64,000 nucleotides of DNA, from positions 32,001 through 96,000 of IMG/VR virus record IMGVR_UViG_3300027751_000004; one strand, written 5' to 3'. The notes under the pieces were generated by a model. The model was not told the origin of the DNA. It made no database searches and was given only the letters and a program-made list of their open reading frames with translations. Positions 45,987 to 56,372 of this stretch are shown here, piece after piece. Made by a program: the position numbers and the translations under genes. The first letter of the stretch is position 1, and every line of letters starts with the position of its first letter. This stretch comes from a virus (Duplodnaviria > Caudoviricetes).

Positions 45987-47588
45987 TTAGAAAAGTCCAG
46001 TATTGCTGTCGACAATCCACCTTTGACCAGTAGAGTCTACTTCAACCTCTTCTGCTTTCCCATCGTCCATAAATCCAAATGGTAACATATCCTGCTCTAT
46101 TGCTTTTAATTGTTCTTCATATAACATTCCCTTGATATCAATATCAGACATTTCCCCGAAGAACGGAGTAGTGATAAACCAACCAAACATTACTAGGTTC
46201 ATCACTAAGTCGTCATGATTGTTGTCGCTGGCTTCAAAAGAAGACCCCCTTGCGACAAACGTAGACAATTCTAATATAGTCTCTGAATCTACGATTTCTA
46301 GTTTTAACTGTTCTACTAAATCCTTCATATTAGAACAGCCAATTCTTTTTACCTTTTTGTTCATTGTAACACCGATTGAACCTGCTTTTACCATAGATTC
46401 AACATGAGTATTCTCATACTCTAGGTCATAATACAACCCATTAGCAACTACCGCCCCCTGATCATTACTCTCTATTATAACATACGCCTCATTGTAAGTC
46501 ATCGCATATTTGTAAATGATATCAGGGAACAACAATGGTGAGATCATATTATTTCTATAAATCGCCACCTGCTTAAATGGCTTGACACTAGTGTCGATAA
46601 TATTGAATGTAGAATAATCTCTACCCCGACCCTTTGCTACGTCTACGCACATGATGTAATTATGATCGACTTGGGGTCGTTCAAATACCTTTATACCATC
46701 CTGTTGATAAATCGGAGAAGACGCTTTCATCGCCATAAGTTTATCTGGGGAAATGAGAGTATTACCAGTACCATGGAAAGTGTTACCAAACTCTTGTTCA
46801 AACTGTAACTCGGATGTGTTGGCTACGGTTTGTTTCTTCCATTCTTCGTCTCTTCCAGGAACATCCCACCAATCAACCCTGAATGGTTTATATTCGTTCG
46901 TTCCTTGTACTGCTCCTTCCCATAACTTTTGGTATACGTTACCAATACCATTTGCCGTAGAAGTTATGATAACTCTAGAAGTTTTACCCGAAGAAACAAC
47001 TGGATATGTACTAGTATAGAACTGACCTGCATTCTCTACAAACGCAAACTCGTCAAGGAATAGTAAGTTAACCGACATACCACGAATAGAAGATCCGCTA
47101 GTCGCAGAGGCAATAATCCTTGAATTGTTACTAAATTCTATGGAACCCTTGTTCAGAGTTTTACATCCAGGTTGCAAAAAGAAAGGTAAGTTTTCGAGAG
47201 CAAGCGTGATACGAGTTAGCATTTCTCTCGCAGTAGCACCCTTGTTTGCTAGGATTGCTACAGTTTTCTCTGGATTGAATAGTGCATACCAAAGTAGATA
47301 CACAACCGAACTGATAGACTTGCCCGATTGCCGACAAGCTAATACGATAGAAAATCTACTGTCTTGAAAATGATCGAACATGTTCTTTTGGTAGGGGTAT
47401 AAATTGAATGGAACAAGACCCTTGTCGAGAGAAACGACTTTCACGTAGGTTTCGGCGAAGTATGAAGGATCTTCCATACAACGTTTGTATTCTGAGATCT
47501 CTTGGACGCTCCAGTTTTGCTCAACCCCATCACGCTTTACATTAGGGTTGCCTAGATATCCAAGGTCGCTATTCTTGACCTTCTGCAT
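45987..47588 (-). CDS. 17: Terminase large subunit (gp17-like)
   Basis: CRQSGKS, LDEFAF, TSTANG, CVDVAKG, HDDLVM. Confidence 0.98.
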   Translation of the reverse strand: MQKVKNSDLGYLGNPNVKRDGVEQNWSVQEISEYKRCMEDPSYFAETYVKVVSLDKGLVPFNLYPYQKNMFDHFQDSRFSIVLACRQSGKSISSVVYLLWYALFNPEKTVAILANKGATAREMLTRITLALENLPFFLQPGCKTLNKGSIEFSNNSRIIASATSGSSIRGMSVNLLFLDEFAFVENAGQFYTSTYPVVSSGKTSRVIITSTANGIGNVYQKLWEGAVQGTNEYKPFRVDWWDVPGRDEEWKKQTVANTSELQFEQEFGNTFHGTGNTLISPDKLMAMKASSPIYQQDGIKVFERPQVDHNYIMCVDVAKGRGRDYSTFNIIDTSVKPFKQVAIYRNNMISPLLFPDIIYKYAMTYNEAYVIIESNDQGAVVANGLYYDLEYENTHVESMVKAGSIGVTMNKKVKRIGCSNMKDLVEQLKLEIVDSETILELSTFVARGSSFEASDNNHDDLVMNLVMFGWFITTPFFGEMSDIDIKGMLYEEQLKAIEQDMLPFGFMDDGKAEEVEVDSTGQRWIVDSNTGLF

Positions 47589-47922
47589 CTATTTCCTTTT
47601 CTTCTCGCCTTTGATGTAGCATTTTCTGTAGATCTGTAGCTGAACCGACAAACACATTATTTTGAGTTAGTTGTTTTGGTTGTTCTAACGCTTCGGCTTT
47701 ATCTACTTCTTTCTTTTGCTTTTGTAGATGCATTAGCTTGTCTGAAACGTCAGCAGTATTTTTGATCATGCCAGAAAGAACTTCAAATGCACGAGGATGC
47801 TCACTCTCACGAGCAAGGTCTAACATCAAGTCAATCGCCTCTTGCCCCTTTTCGACTAACTCGTAATAGTTAGTTCTTGCAAAGGAGTAATCATCATTAA
47901 CATCATCTTTTTCGTTACTCAT
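47569..47922 (-). CDS. 16: Terminase small subunit (gp16-like)
   Basis: DYSFAR, EHPRAFEV, NNVFVGSATDLQKML; probable start MSNEK. Confidence 0.93.
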   Translation of the reverse strand: MSNEKDDVNDDYSFARTNYYELVEKGQEAIDLMLDLARESEHPRAFEVLSGMIKNTADVSDKLMHLQKQKKEVDKAEALEQPKQLTQNNVFVGSATDLQKMLHQRREEKEIDAEGQE

Positions 47923-47923
47923 A

Positions 47924-48901
47924 TTAATTAACCGTGTAATTGGTGACCTCAACAGTCGTACTAGTATTTAGACCTACTAGATTTTCTCCAATTTGCGGGA
48001 ACCCTTCCAAATTCGTAAGGGTAAATGTAGTTTCGTTAGCGGTTTCGTCATAGGCTCTTGCCACCAAACCATAGATCGCTGTGGTTTCCCCCAAGAATGG
48101 TTCATTTGACCCAAACCCTGAAGCGATATCCCCAGAGACTGTCATAGTAATAGAAGTTACTGTTGGTATGAAGTCCTTAGATTCAACAATACCGAAATTG
48201 TCTGTCCCATCAGATCCAAATGGAGCCACTCGAGTGTTTAAGTTTTCTATGTGAGCATCATCTTCTGCATTAAGGAAAGTAACCTCTGTAGCTTTAACCA
48301 GTTTATTCGTAGCAGCACTACCAAAGAACTTAACACGCATTGTAAAGTCTAGAGTATAGACTAGTACACGCCTTGCTTCGAAGTCCCCTTCATAGTCATC
48401 AGAGATAGAAACTCCCTCTAAAGAAATAGGGACATCTGTATTTTGATCTACGCCATCTACAAGTTTAGCTGAGACTGTATACTCTGGTTGGAATATAGGA
48501 AGTATTTGTTCTAGTATTTGTAGTCCTTCGTCTTGGTTCTTAGCCAAGATGTTTAACTGCATACCAATTTTATAGGGTACAAAAGAAACGCTATCCGCAG
48601 AATCCCCTGTTTGATTAGTTACTAGTTTGTTAAATCGGTTTAGTTTAGACTCGGTGTCATATGTCAGAGAAGTAATCTCAAACGACAAACGTGGGATCTT
48701 GATTGCTATTTTAGAAGAAGAAAGATCTCTTTGCCCCTCAATCCTAGCAATAAACTTTTGTTTTGGTCCATAAGAAAGCGGAACCTTTACTATCTGACCA
48801 GAAGTACCGCTCTGACGAATAATGTTTATATCGTTAAACAGAGTACCAAATATGGCTACCGATTTTCTTAGAATAGCATGATAAAAATGACCACCAAACA
48901 T
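47924..48901 (-). CDS. 15: Tail sheath stabiliser/completion protein (gp15-like) with a C-terminal extension
   Basis: FGTLFNDI, KVPLSYGPKQKF, QILEQILPIFQP. Confidence 0.93.
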   Translation of the reverse strand: MFGGHFYHAILRKSVAIFGTLFNDINIIRQSGTSGQIVKVPLSYGPKQKFIARIEGQRDLSSSKIAIKIPRLSFEITSLTYDTESKLNRFNKLVTNQTGDSADSVSFVPYKIGMQLNILAKNQDEGLQILEQILPIFQPEYTVSAKLVDGVDQNTDVPISLEGVSISDDYEGDFEARRVLVYTLDFTMRVKFFGSAATNKLVKATEVTFLNAEDDAHIENLNTRVAPFGSDGTDNFGIVESKDFIPTVTSITMTVSGDIASGFGSNEPFLGETTAIYGLVARAYDETANETTFTLTNLEGFPQIGENLVGLNTSTTVEVTNYTVN

Positions 48902-49809
48902 TAGAAGTCTCCAAATGGGTTTGATTCAGTAAAGTCAAGAACGGCTGCAGCTTCAGTTTCTATTTCATAGTTCTTAGCGTAGTTATCTTGAACGGATTCT
49001 TCTGTAGCACCCTCCATATCTTTAATAGCTGTAATAGTGCCAGAGCCACCAGATACTTCTGTTGTAACACTACCGCCAACAGTAAACTGGTGATACTTAC
49101 TATCGCTAGTTCTTATGCTGTGAAGGTAAATCTTAGAAGTTGTACTAGAAGCAATATCTTTATATGAAGCAATCGCTCCAGAGATAGTAACCCCATCTTC
49201 TAGATTTTCAGTAATATTCTCGCCTATGATAAAGTCTGTCCCAGCAATACCGCTGATAGTAAGTTCTTGCTGATAGGCAAATAGGTTACTAATATTGTCA
49301 ACTTCAGTATTACCAGTATCGAACTTCTCATCGCCAAACTCATAAAGAGAGCAGATAAGCTGATAAGTCGGTAAGTTTTGGAGTTGATAGAAAGGTTTCT
49401 CATGCTCAACTTTATCGATCTGGAAGAAAGACTTAGACATAGGAAGATAAATTAGATCTCCCTCATTAGGTCTGTAGTTAGTCAACTCATTATTGAAGAC
49501 ACCTACGGATTGTTCCCAGCGTCTTTTAGATACCACAAACGTTGCCGTATCTCTAATCTCTAACCCGAACTTGGTCATAAGTTCGCTTTCACCACCGAAT
49601 CCTTCGGGGTTTTCGATATACATCTCTAATGTATATGAATCGTCAAATTGAGATTCTACAGTTTCGCCCAGAATGTAATCACGCTCTACGATGTTTCTTG
49701 GTAGATAATAGACATCCTGCCCATACATTTTTAAAGATTCAATTACGATATCTTCGTATAGGTTTTGTTCGCTTTTTACTGCGGGCGAAAAATATACATT
49801 AGTAGCCAT
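48901..49809 (-). CDS. 14: Neck protein (gp14-like)
   Basis: YGQDVYYLPR, KFGLEIRD, RPNEGDLIYLP, DFTESNPFG. Confidence 0.95.
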   Translation of the reverse strand: MATNVYFSPAVKSEQNLYEDIVIESLKMYGQDVYYLPRNIVERDYILGETVESQFDDSYTLEMYIENPEGFGGESELMTKFGLEIRDTATFVVSKRRWEQSVGVFNNELTNYRPNEGDLIYLPMSKSFFQIDKVEHEKPFYQLQNLPTYQLICSLYEFGDEKFDTGNTEVDNISNLFAYQQELTISGIAGTDFIIGENITENLEDGVTISGAIASYKDIASSTTSKIYLHSIRTSDSKYHQFTVGGSVTTEVSGGSGTITAIKDMEGATEESVQDNYAKNYEIETEAAAVLDFTESNPFGDF

Positions 49810-49812
49810 CTT

Positions 49813-50571
49813 TTACCCCATGAAGAAATTAACTGGTAACTCGTGAGTTAACCTTACTTGTTCTTCTAGCTTCTCTAGGTCTTGCATTGCATCCTCATAT
49901 ATCTGACGACCGTTAATCGTCACTCCTCCAGGAAGTTGCATACCTTCAAACTTTATTAGGTTAGCACCCCATTGTTTCTTGATAAGAGCAGTTGAATATC
50001 TTTTAAGGAACATATCGTTCCAAATAGAGGTAGAACCTGCAGCCCCATCATAAGGAGCAACGTGCATAGTTGCTGCTACGATGATAATACCCCCCACTTT
50101 AAGGTCTTCTTCGCCAACATCAAGATATATTTTATTCTCGTGGCGTGCCCACCTAATAAGTTCGCTCGCACCAGAACCTATTTTCATATCATACATAGCT
50201 AGATTTTGCTGTACCATTTCATAGTAAGCAAGATTGCCAAGGTTTCCTAACTGATAAACATCGTTCAGGTGCATCTGATATTTAACATCAAACATGTTAA
50301 AGCCAGCATCTTCGGCGATAGGTAAGATGCGCTCTACAAAGATAACTGAATCGGCTACAGTTATAAACTTATTAGTTACATCATCGGCAGTAATCGTATG
50401 CGGAATAAACATCTTCTTGGTAGCATCTGAATGGTATTCTTGATAGAATTGTAATGCTTCGTCGATTCTTTCTTCTGCTTGATCAGGGTCAACGTTTATC
50501 TCGATTACTGGATCGCCCAACTGCCTAAAACAGTAGTCGATTAAATCTTGCCTAGATGCTGGGGTTGCCAT
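49813..50571 (-). CDS. 13: Neck protein (gp13-like)
   Basis: LGDPVIEINV, IKKQWGANL, LPGGVTING. Confidence 0.95.
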   Translation of the reverse strand: MATPASRQDLIDYCFRQLGDPVIEINVDPDQAEERIDEALQFYQEYHSDATKKMFIPHTITADDVTNKFITVADSVIFVERILPIAEDAGFNMFDVKYQMHLNDVYQLGNLGNLAYYEMVQQNLAMYDMKIGSGASELIRWARHENKIYLDVGEEDLKVGGIIIVAATMHVAPYDGAAGSTSIWNDMFLKRYSTALIKKQWGANLIKFEGMQLPGGVTINGRQIYEDAMQDLEKLEEQVRLTHELPVNFFMG

Positions 50572-50613
50572 ATGAAATAGTCCTAGATTAAATTATTTAA
50601 TATCTTCTAAGTC

Positions 50614-50621
50614 TATTTATA
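50614..50621 (-). promoter_or_regulatory. T4-type late promoter for genes 13-17
   Basis: TATAAATA. Confidence 0.8.
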
Positions 50622-50674
50622 CTTTTTAAAAGGCTAGGGGTCAATCAAATGATAGCAAATGTTATATATTGTAC

Positions 50675-51934
50675 CTAACTAAGACCGATAAACTCAAACT
50701 TTAAAAAAGCTAAAGAATGACAGTCCACTCCATACCAAACTTCTACGGTGTCCCCATCGTTTAAATAAAATAACGGTGATCGAGCATGATAATATATGTT
50801 TGCCTGTTGAGCTGGATTTGATACACCGCTGGTTTCAAAGTATCCGTACCCCATATTATCTCCAGTTAGAGAAGTGAGGAATGGATTAGGTATTCTCCCA
50901 GTACCACTACTACCAGTTCTGCCAAAGTTAACAGAATTATTATAAAATATAGTAAATTTTCCGTTCGAACCGTTATTGCTATGATACACCGATTCCTCAG
51001 TGCCCCCACTATTGTGCCATTCATCGGGGTTGGAAGATGATGGAAGTTGGGCAATCTTGGTTTTCCATCCACTATTTGTTGATGTAGTTGACCCAAACGT
51101 GTCAATATCATGAAACGTACCGTTAATAGAATATCCGAAAATTTGAGCATCTCCACGATAATATGTTGCCGAACCGTCTCTTTTACCCGAAATGTGCAAA
51201 TACTTTGATGCGGATGTACCACTATACGTCAACTTTACCCTTCTTACAAATAGTAAAGGGTTATTGGTGATTGTGCTTGAAGAGGAACCAACCCCACCAA
51301 GTTCGGAAGTATTAGGAATAGCAGTGTCGGTATATGAATTTGTGCCAGTGTAGGTTACAGGTATTCCGCCCAAGTTACGTTCTTTACCATAAAAGTCGTC
51401 AAAATCGATGGTGGACAAATTAGTGGTCTCTTCTGCTATTACTCTCACATCCGTGTCATTCAGTCTGATTGTTTCACCAAAAGTATCATCAAGAAGAATC
51501 CCAACATTGTTGTGAAATTTTGACCCAGACTCATTTCCGAGTGTTATTGGTTGAACAGCATCGGTCGAAGTTGATGTGGAGTATGAACCACTAATCTGAA
51601 GAATTCTATTACTTGATGTATTAAGGTAACACTGAAAAGAACCAGTACTAGACGAACCGAAATTAAGTTTTAAGATGCTAAAGTGATGACCAGTAGTTTT
51701 CTGTACTGATGTAGTTAAAGAATCTACTGTACAGTTTAGAAGAGGATATGTGGAAGTTCCTGGCACACCAATAGTCTTGACGTAAGCAGTGATTGTTTGA
51801 CCACTATACACTGTCAAACCAACACCAGTTCCAGCAGTAGCAGTTGTATCGCTTTGGTATCTTATGTCACTTTCTAAGATAAATTCGTCGGCTTCCTGTA
51901 AACGACCTCTAACCGTCATTATAGATGCTGACAT
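50675..51934 (-). CDS. Tail-fibre-associated protein, possible adhesin
   Basis: S/T/G-rich; internal IRLNDTDVR...IDFDDFYGK motif; follows a fibre gene and a chaperone-like gene. Confidence 0.55.
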   Translation of the reverse strand: MSASIMTVRGRLQEADEFILESDIRYQSDTTATAGTGVGLTVYSGQTITAYVKTIGVPGTSTYPLLNCTVDSLTTSVQKTTGHHFSILKLNFGSSSTGSFQCYLNTSSNRILQISGSYSTSTSTDAVQPITLGNESGSKFHNNVGILLDDTFGETIRLNDTDVRVIAEETTNLSTIDFDDFYGKERNLGGIPVTYTGTNSYTDTAIPNTSELGGVGSSSSTITNNPLLFVRRVKLTYSGTSASKYLHISGKRDGSATYYRGDAQIFGYSINGTFHDIDTFGSTTSTNSGWKTKIAQLPSSSNPDEWHNSGGTEESVYHSNNGSNGKFTIFYNNSVNFGRTGSSGTGRIPNPFLTSLTGDNMGYGYFETSGVSNPAQQANIYYHARSPLFYLNDGDTVEVWYGVDCHSLAFLKFEFIGLS

Positions 51935-51936
51935 TA

Positions 51937-52377
51937 CTAACCGCCTTCATCGATGTGTGTTGTCGAATCAGAATCGACATTATTTTCTTCCTCATCGGGC
52001 GTCTCATCGTTGACGACTTCTTCACTGGTGTCTACTTCAGGGACTACGTCCCAAGGATTAATGTTATGTTCGACAGGTGTTTTAGATAAAGCAATATCTC
52101 CTGCAATTTGCGATTCGGTATCTGAAACTTCTTCCTCTCCGAGCGAAGATTTAACCCAACCGATTACAATATCTTTAGTGACATCCGCCCATGCAATGTA
52201 GTTTTCAGAAGAAGGATCTGCATCAGTATGAACACTGCCATAACGTCTACCACGGTGAATTACCTGTTTGTCGCCAACTTGTTCCGTCTCATAATCTGAG
52301 GCTTCCCAATGTACCATTTTGATAGCACCATCAGAGATATTCGAGTCAACCTTTGTTATATTCCAAACTATTGCCAT
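51937..52377 (-). CDS. Small tail-fibre-associated protein
   Basis: WNIT...VHWEA...YIAWADVTKDIVIGWV pattern typical of fibre-adjacent genes. Confidence 0.6.
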   Translation of the reverse strand: MAIVWNITKVDSNISDGAIKMVHWEASDYETEQVGDKQVIHRGRRYGSVHTDADPSSENYIAWADVTKDIVIGWVKSSLGEEEVSDTESQIAGDIALSKTPVEHNINPWDVVPEVDTSEEVVNDETPDEEENNVDSDSTTHIDEGG

Positions 52378-52379
52378 AA

Positions 52380-54128
52380 TTATTCACCTTTCTCACTAAT
52401 TTTAGATTCTAGATACGCCACTTTTTGGGTCAACTCTTTTACTGCTTCTATCAACAAGGGTGTTAGTTTGTCGTAAGAAACACTTTTATAATCTTCTCCG
52501 AACTCGTCTTGACCTACCGCAGATTTAGTTACAATCTCAGGTAATACTTCCTCAACCTCTTGAGCAGATACACCGACCTCTAGTTCGGTATTATCCACAC
52601 CCAAAGAATGCGCTAATGCGTTTGGTTTATAGTAATATCCTGTGAGTTTATTAACTTTATCTAGAGCATCTGGAATTGCTCCCTTAAAGTCTTTCAGTCT
52701 TTCGTCAGAGTAATATGCAGTCACATTACCTGTAGCAATGATATTACCATTAACGTGAAGTGCTTCAAGTGGGGACGAGACACCTATCCCAAATTTACCA
52801 CTTGCGTCTAACCGATGTTTTTCTCCGTTGCTACCATATAAAAATTGTATCGATGCGCCAGAACCAGAACCATGATAACTTTGAACTTGAGCCAACGAAG
52901 AGAAATTGCCGAATCTAAAGAATGAAGTAGTATTAGTATTGAGTAATTGAAGACCTTGTTGAGTAGTATTAGTACTAGTTGACGTACTCTCTACAATTAA
53001 AGGTACTCCAGAAGTTCTTCTAATCTTTGTAGCACCATTGAGGTAATTCTGGCCAGTAGACTGAAGTGAAGAGTTGATATTTACATATCTAGATCCAGAA
53101 TTTCCAGACCCAGCGCAGATATTGACGGTCTTTACCCCGCCTGAAGCCAAGTTACTCCCAATATCGATAGTGGCTGCATTAGTGACAGTTGTGGCACCGC
53201 TACCAATAGATATATTTTGAGAAACAGTACTATTCCCAAGTGTTATTGTACCTGTACCAGTAGTTTTACCAATAGTAATTGTGCGAGAGGCAAGAACTGG
53301 AGTTATAGTAAAGTTATGCCCATTAAAATTAGTATCGCCGTATTGGAATGTAGTATTACCACGAATCGCTACGGTTGTTGTACCAAAAGTGGGATCAGCA
53401 CCACCTATTGTTACTGCTGTATCACTACCCTGTGAGTTCTTTGCCGCAATATTTACTGTAGAAGTACCGCTACCTGAACCGCTACCAATATTAATGATTT
53501 GCTCTTGATCAGACTCCGTTGTGGCATTACCAATATCGATCGTATTGTCTTTGGTACTTTTACCGAGAGTGATTGTGCCTGTACCAGTAATTTTACCGAT
53601 ATTAATAGTGTCAGAGGTAGAATTTGGATTTACTGTAAAGTTACCGCCATTAAAGGCAACCGCACCATTCGTAAATGTACTAGCACCACGAATCGCAACT
53701 GTGTGAGAACCAGTTGAATTAGAGCAACCAATAGTCACTGCTGTATTTGAGGCAGTGAGTGTATTTGCGGCTAAATTCAATACAGTGTCGCCACCAGAAG
53801 CGTTCCCACCACCGATATTAATTGTTTGAGTTGCCTCATTTGCTGTTACGGCATTACCAATATTGATTGTGTTGGTTGCGGTACTTTGACCAATGGTGAT
53901 CGTGCCTTCTTGAGCAGTTGCGCCAAGAGTAATAGTGTCTGCTGCAGTTCCAGGATTTACGGTGAAGGATTCGGTGATGTTTGCGCCAATCTGAAATATA
54001 GTACTTCCGCCACGAGAGTATAAAATTTTGTCTGCGGTATTGAGGGCTAGTTCGCCTTCTACGATATTGTCGGTGTCAGGAGCATTACCAGACTGGCTAC
54101 TCCTCTTGAGTTTTAGAACGGTTGACAT
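52380..54128 (-). CDS. Tail fibre with a C-terminal S74 intramolecular chaperone/autoprotease
   Basis: N-terminal LKLKRS...EGELALNTAD; three 109-aa repeats; GNVTAYYSDERLKD...GVSAQEVE...LLIEAVKEL. Confidence 0.88.
   Translation of the reverse strand: MSTVLKLKRSSQSGNAPDTDNIVEGELALNTADKILYSRGGSTIFQIGANITESFTVNPGTAADTITLGATAQEGTITIGQSTATNTINIGNAVTANEATQTINIGGGNASGGDTVLNLAANTLTASNTAVTIGCSNSTGSHTVAIRGASTFTNGAVAFNGGNFTVNPNSTSDTINIGKITGTGTITLGKSTKDNTIDIGNATTESDQEQIINIGSGSGSGTSTVNIAAKNSQGSDTAVTIGGADPTFGTTTVAIRGNTTFQYGDTNFNGHNFTITPVLASRTITIGKTTGTGTITLGNSTVSQNISIGSGATTVTNAATIDIGSNLASGGVKTVNICAGSGNSGSRYVNINSSLQSTGQNYLNGATKIRRTSGVPLIVESTSTSTNTTQQGLQLLNTNTTSFFRFGNFSSLAQVQSYHGSGSGASIQFLYGSNGEKHRLDASGKFGIGVSSPLEALHVNGNIIATGNVTAYYSDERLKDFKGAIPDALDKVNKLTGYYYKPNALAHSLGVDNTELEVGVSAQEVEEVLPEIVTKSAVGQDEFGEDYKSVSYDKLTPLLIEAVKELTQKVAYLESKISEKGE
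53090..53966 (-). repeat. Three tandem 327-nt (109-aa) repeats within the tail fibre gene (third partial)
   Basis: Units begin FTVNPG (53966), FTVNPN (53639) and FTITPV (53312). Confidence 0.85.
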
Positions 54129-54199
54129 ATATATGTCCTCGAATTTTAATGGCTATATAGCCGTGAAATTTTTAAAGTGAGCAGTATATACTACCCACT
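54124..54199 (-). promoter_or_regulatory. Three tandem hairpins with AUAU loops in the tail-fibre leader
   Basis: AGUGGGUAGU-AUAU-ACUGCUCACU, GGCU-AUAU-AGCC and GACAU-AUAU-AUGUC (the last includes the AUG). Confidence 0.6.
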
Positions 54200-54206
54200 G
54201 TATCTA

Positions 54207-54214
54207 TATTTATA
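54207..54214 (-). promoter_or_regulatory. T4-type late promoter for the fibre gene
   Basis: TATAAATA. Confidence 0.8.
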
Positions 54215-56111
54215 CGTCGAAAGAACCGCCATCGATAATGTTACTAAATGCTGGTGTACCAGCACTATCTGCTTGTAAAATAGATCCATCAGCAGTTGAT
54301 GCTGCTGTTACCGCTAGAGCATTAGCACCATTACCAAGTACAACGCCATTAGAAGTAACTGTAGCTAAACCAGTACCACCGTTCGTTACAGGTAGTGTTG
54401 CAGTCACCTTAGTAGTAAGATCAATAGATCCTGCTAACATGGTATTTGTGATGCCACTAGCTTTTACTTGTAATGCGTCCGAAGCAATTTCTATAGATGA
54501 TCCATCAACCGCAACATTTAACGTGTTACCACTTTTTGTTAATGCGGAACCAGCCTCAATTTGACCAGCACCAGAGAACTGTTCAAAGATGATGTCATCA
54601 TTGGCTCCTCCAATGGCAGTATGAGTTTCTGTTTGAACAAAACCATTAGAGCCATTTATAGTTCCGTTTTCAACGAATAGGAAGTCACCAGAAGCAATCT
54701 CATCTACCGTGTCAAAATCTGATGCTCTTGTAAATGTTGTTGAATCGGTTCTAATGTAGATACCGTTATGCTCTTGAGCAGTTTCGTCTTTAATTAGAAT
54801 CCTGTCACCGTCTACTAAGGTATATCCATCAAGTGTTGAGATTCCAGTAGAAAGTATTAATGTCGCATCGACCCCAGCATCTTCATTATCATAGGTTACT
54901 GTGCCACCACTCTCAGTCGCTAAGTCTTGTGTTGTTGCAGCTTTTGCAGAAGCATGAACATGAAGACCTTCAGCAATTGCATCAACATAAGATTTAGGAA
55001 CTACTGAGTCTGCATCTAAATTAGTTCTAGTTTCATACGAACTAGGTAGTTTAACAACACCTTGCCCATTAGGTGAGAGAATTAGGTCTCCGTCTGTGTC
55101 TGTTGTTAGAATCGAGTTATCTTTGATTTGGACATTATCGATATCAACTTGAGTAAGTCCTGCCAGTGCGGTAGCTGATGCGCCAAGATCAATTTCGGTT
55201 ATACCGACTGTGACACTATCGTTAGTAAGTTTTCCGTTTGCTACGGAAGCATCTACTAACTGTGATCCATTAATTGAAAGATCTGCTTGATGTGCTGTAA
55301 CGTCGTCAGAAGTTACTGAATAACTTGTGATGTATCCAGCGCCATTTGTAAGCGTATTATTATTTGTTGGAATATCACTTGTAAGCGCAACAGTACCAGT
55401 TGCTGTTGGAAGCGTTAACGTACCAGTGTTACTAATAGAAGAAATTACAGGTGTTGTCAGTGTTTTATTCGTAAGAGTTTGTGTGCCAGTTAATGTCGCA
55501 ACTGTTGATGAATCTATTGCGAATGATACCTGATTGTTTGAAACCGTAGTATCAATACCAGTACCGCCAGCAAATGTTAATGTGTCTGTACCAACAGTAA
55601 CGACATCATCAGTACCACTATCAGCACCAACCGTAAGGCTGGCAGACAAAGAACTTGTTGCAAAATCAACATATTCTTTAGTAACTAATGAGTCATCGCC
55701 TAATCCAGCTCGATCTTTATATCCAGAAGGAACATTAACAACTCCAGTGCCCTTTGGGGTGAGGGTAATTGAAAGGTTAGCTTCAGTACTTTGCGCAGCA
55801 ATATCAGCATCGTGATACTTTAAATTAGCAGCAGCAGTACCGATTGTAAGTTCGTCTAGACGGCTATCGCCATCAACAATAAGCGCAGAACTAGCAGTTG
55901 TAGTACCAGCAGCATGATCCAACATATCGGTAAAGTGCTGACCGCCAATTACAATTGGATTAACTTGGGTCCCACCTGAACCGTCGGATTCAGTTTTACC
56001 AATAAAGAGTTTATTTGAGGCGTATGAATATGCTTGTTCCGCTTGCGCTAGTATATCTCCACCTGGTTCATTAGCAGTACTAGCACTTTTAATTTTAATT
56101 ACTGTCGCCAT
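54210..56111 (-). CDS. Tail fibre / fibre-shaft structural protein
   Basis: VIKIK N-terminus, TKEYVD and PKSYVD motifs, TQTLTNKTL, DRILIKDE..NGIY, C-terminal IDGGSF. Confidence 0.8.
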   Translation of the reverse strand: MATVIKIKSASTANEPGGDILAQAEQAYSYASNKLFIGKTESDGSGGTQVNPIVIGGQHFTDMLDHAAGTTTASSALIVDGDSRLDELTIGTAAANLKYHDADIAAQSTEANLSITLTPKGTGVVNVPSGYKDRAGLGDDSLVTKEYVDFATSSLSASLTVGADSGTDDVVTVGTDTLTFAGGTGIDTTVSNNQVSFAIDSSTVATLTGTQTLTNKTLTTPVISSISNTGTLTLPTATGTVALTSDIPTNNNTLTNGAGYITSYSVTSDDVTAHQADLSINGSQLVDASVANGKLTNDSVTVGITEIDLGASATALAGLTQVDIDNVQIKDNSILTTDTDGDLILSPNGQGVVKLPSSYETRTNLDADSVVPKSYVDAIAEGLHVHASAKAATTQDLATESGGTVTYDNEDAGVDATLILSTGISTLDGYTLVDGDRILIKDETAQEHNGIYIRTDSTTFTRASDFDTVDEIASGDFLFVENGTINGSNGFVQTETHTAIGGANDDIIFEQFSGAGQIEAGSALTKSGNTLNVAVDGSSIEIASDALQVKASGITNTMLAGSIDLTTKVTATLPVTNGGTGLATVTSNGVVLGNGANALAVTAASTADGSILQADSAGTPAFSNIIDGGSFDV

Positions 56112-56372
56112 CTAGAAAGACCCTCCGGAGATGCGCAAATTTTCGTTTTCTACTTCTGATTTTGTTTCAAACTTTTCTGTTGCTGCGTTATAGATTAACA
56201 CAGATCCATCAGCTAGTGCAGCTGTATCTACGTCGGTGAGCTCGGTTAGAGCAATTACTGGAGTTCCAGCACCACCTGCTACAGCAACAGATCTAGCTTG
56301 TATAGTATTTGACCTGCCTATAGAAGCACTTAGATTATTTGTTTGCTGACCTATTTTACCTACCAATGACAT
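56112..56372 (-). CDS. Small fibre-associated protein
   Basis: LTELTDVD...DGSVLIYNA...; C-terminal ISGGSF like its neighbour. Confidence 0.7.
   Translation of the reverse strand: MSLVGKIGQQTNNLSASIGRSNTIQARSVAVAGGAGTPVIALTELTDVDTAALADGSVLIYNAATEKFETKSEVENENLRISGGSF

Noticed and set aside
102-47588. Introns or inteins in genes 41, uvsX, 43, 46, uvsW, 20 and 17
   Set aside because: All are uninterrupted and of normal length, with no intein splice motifs
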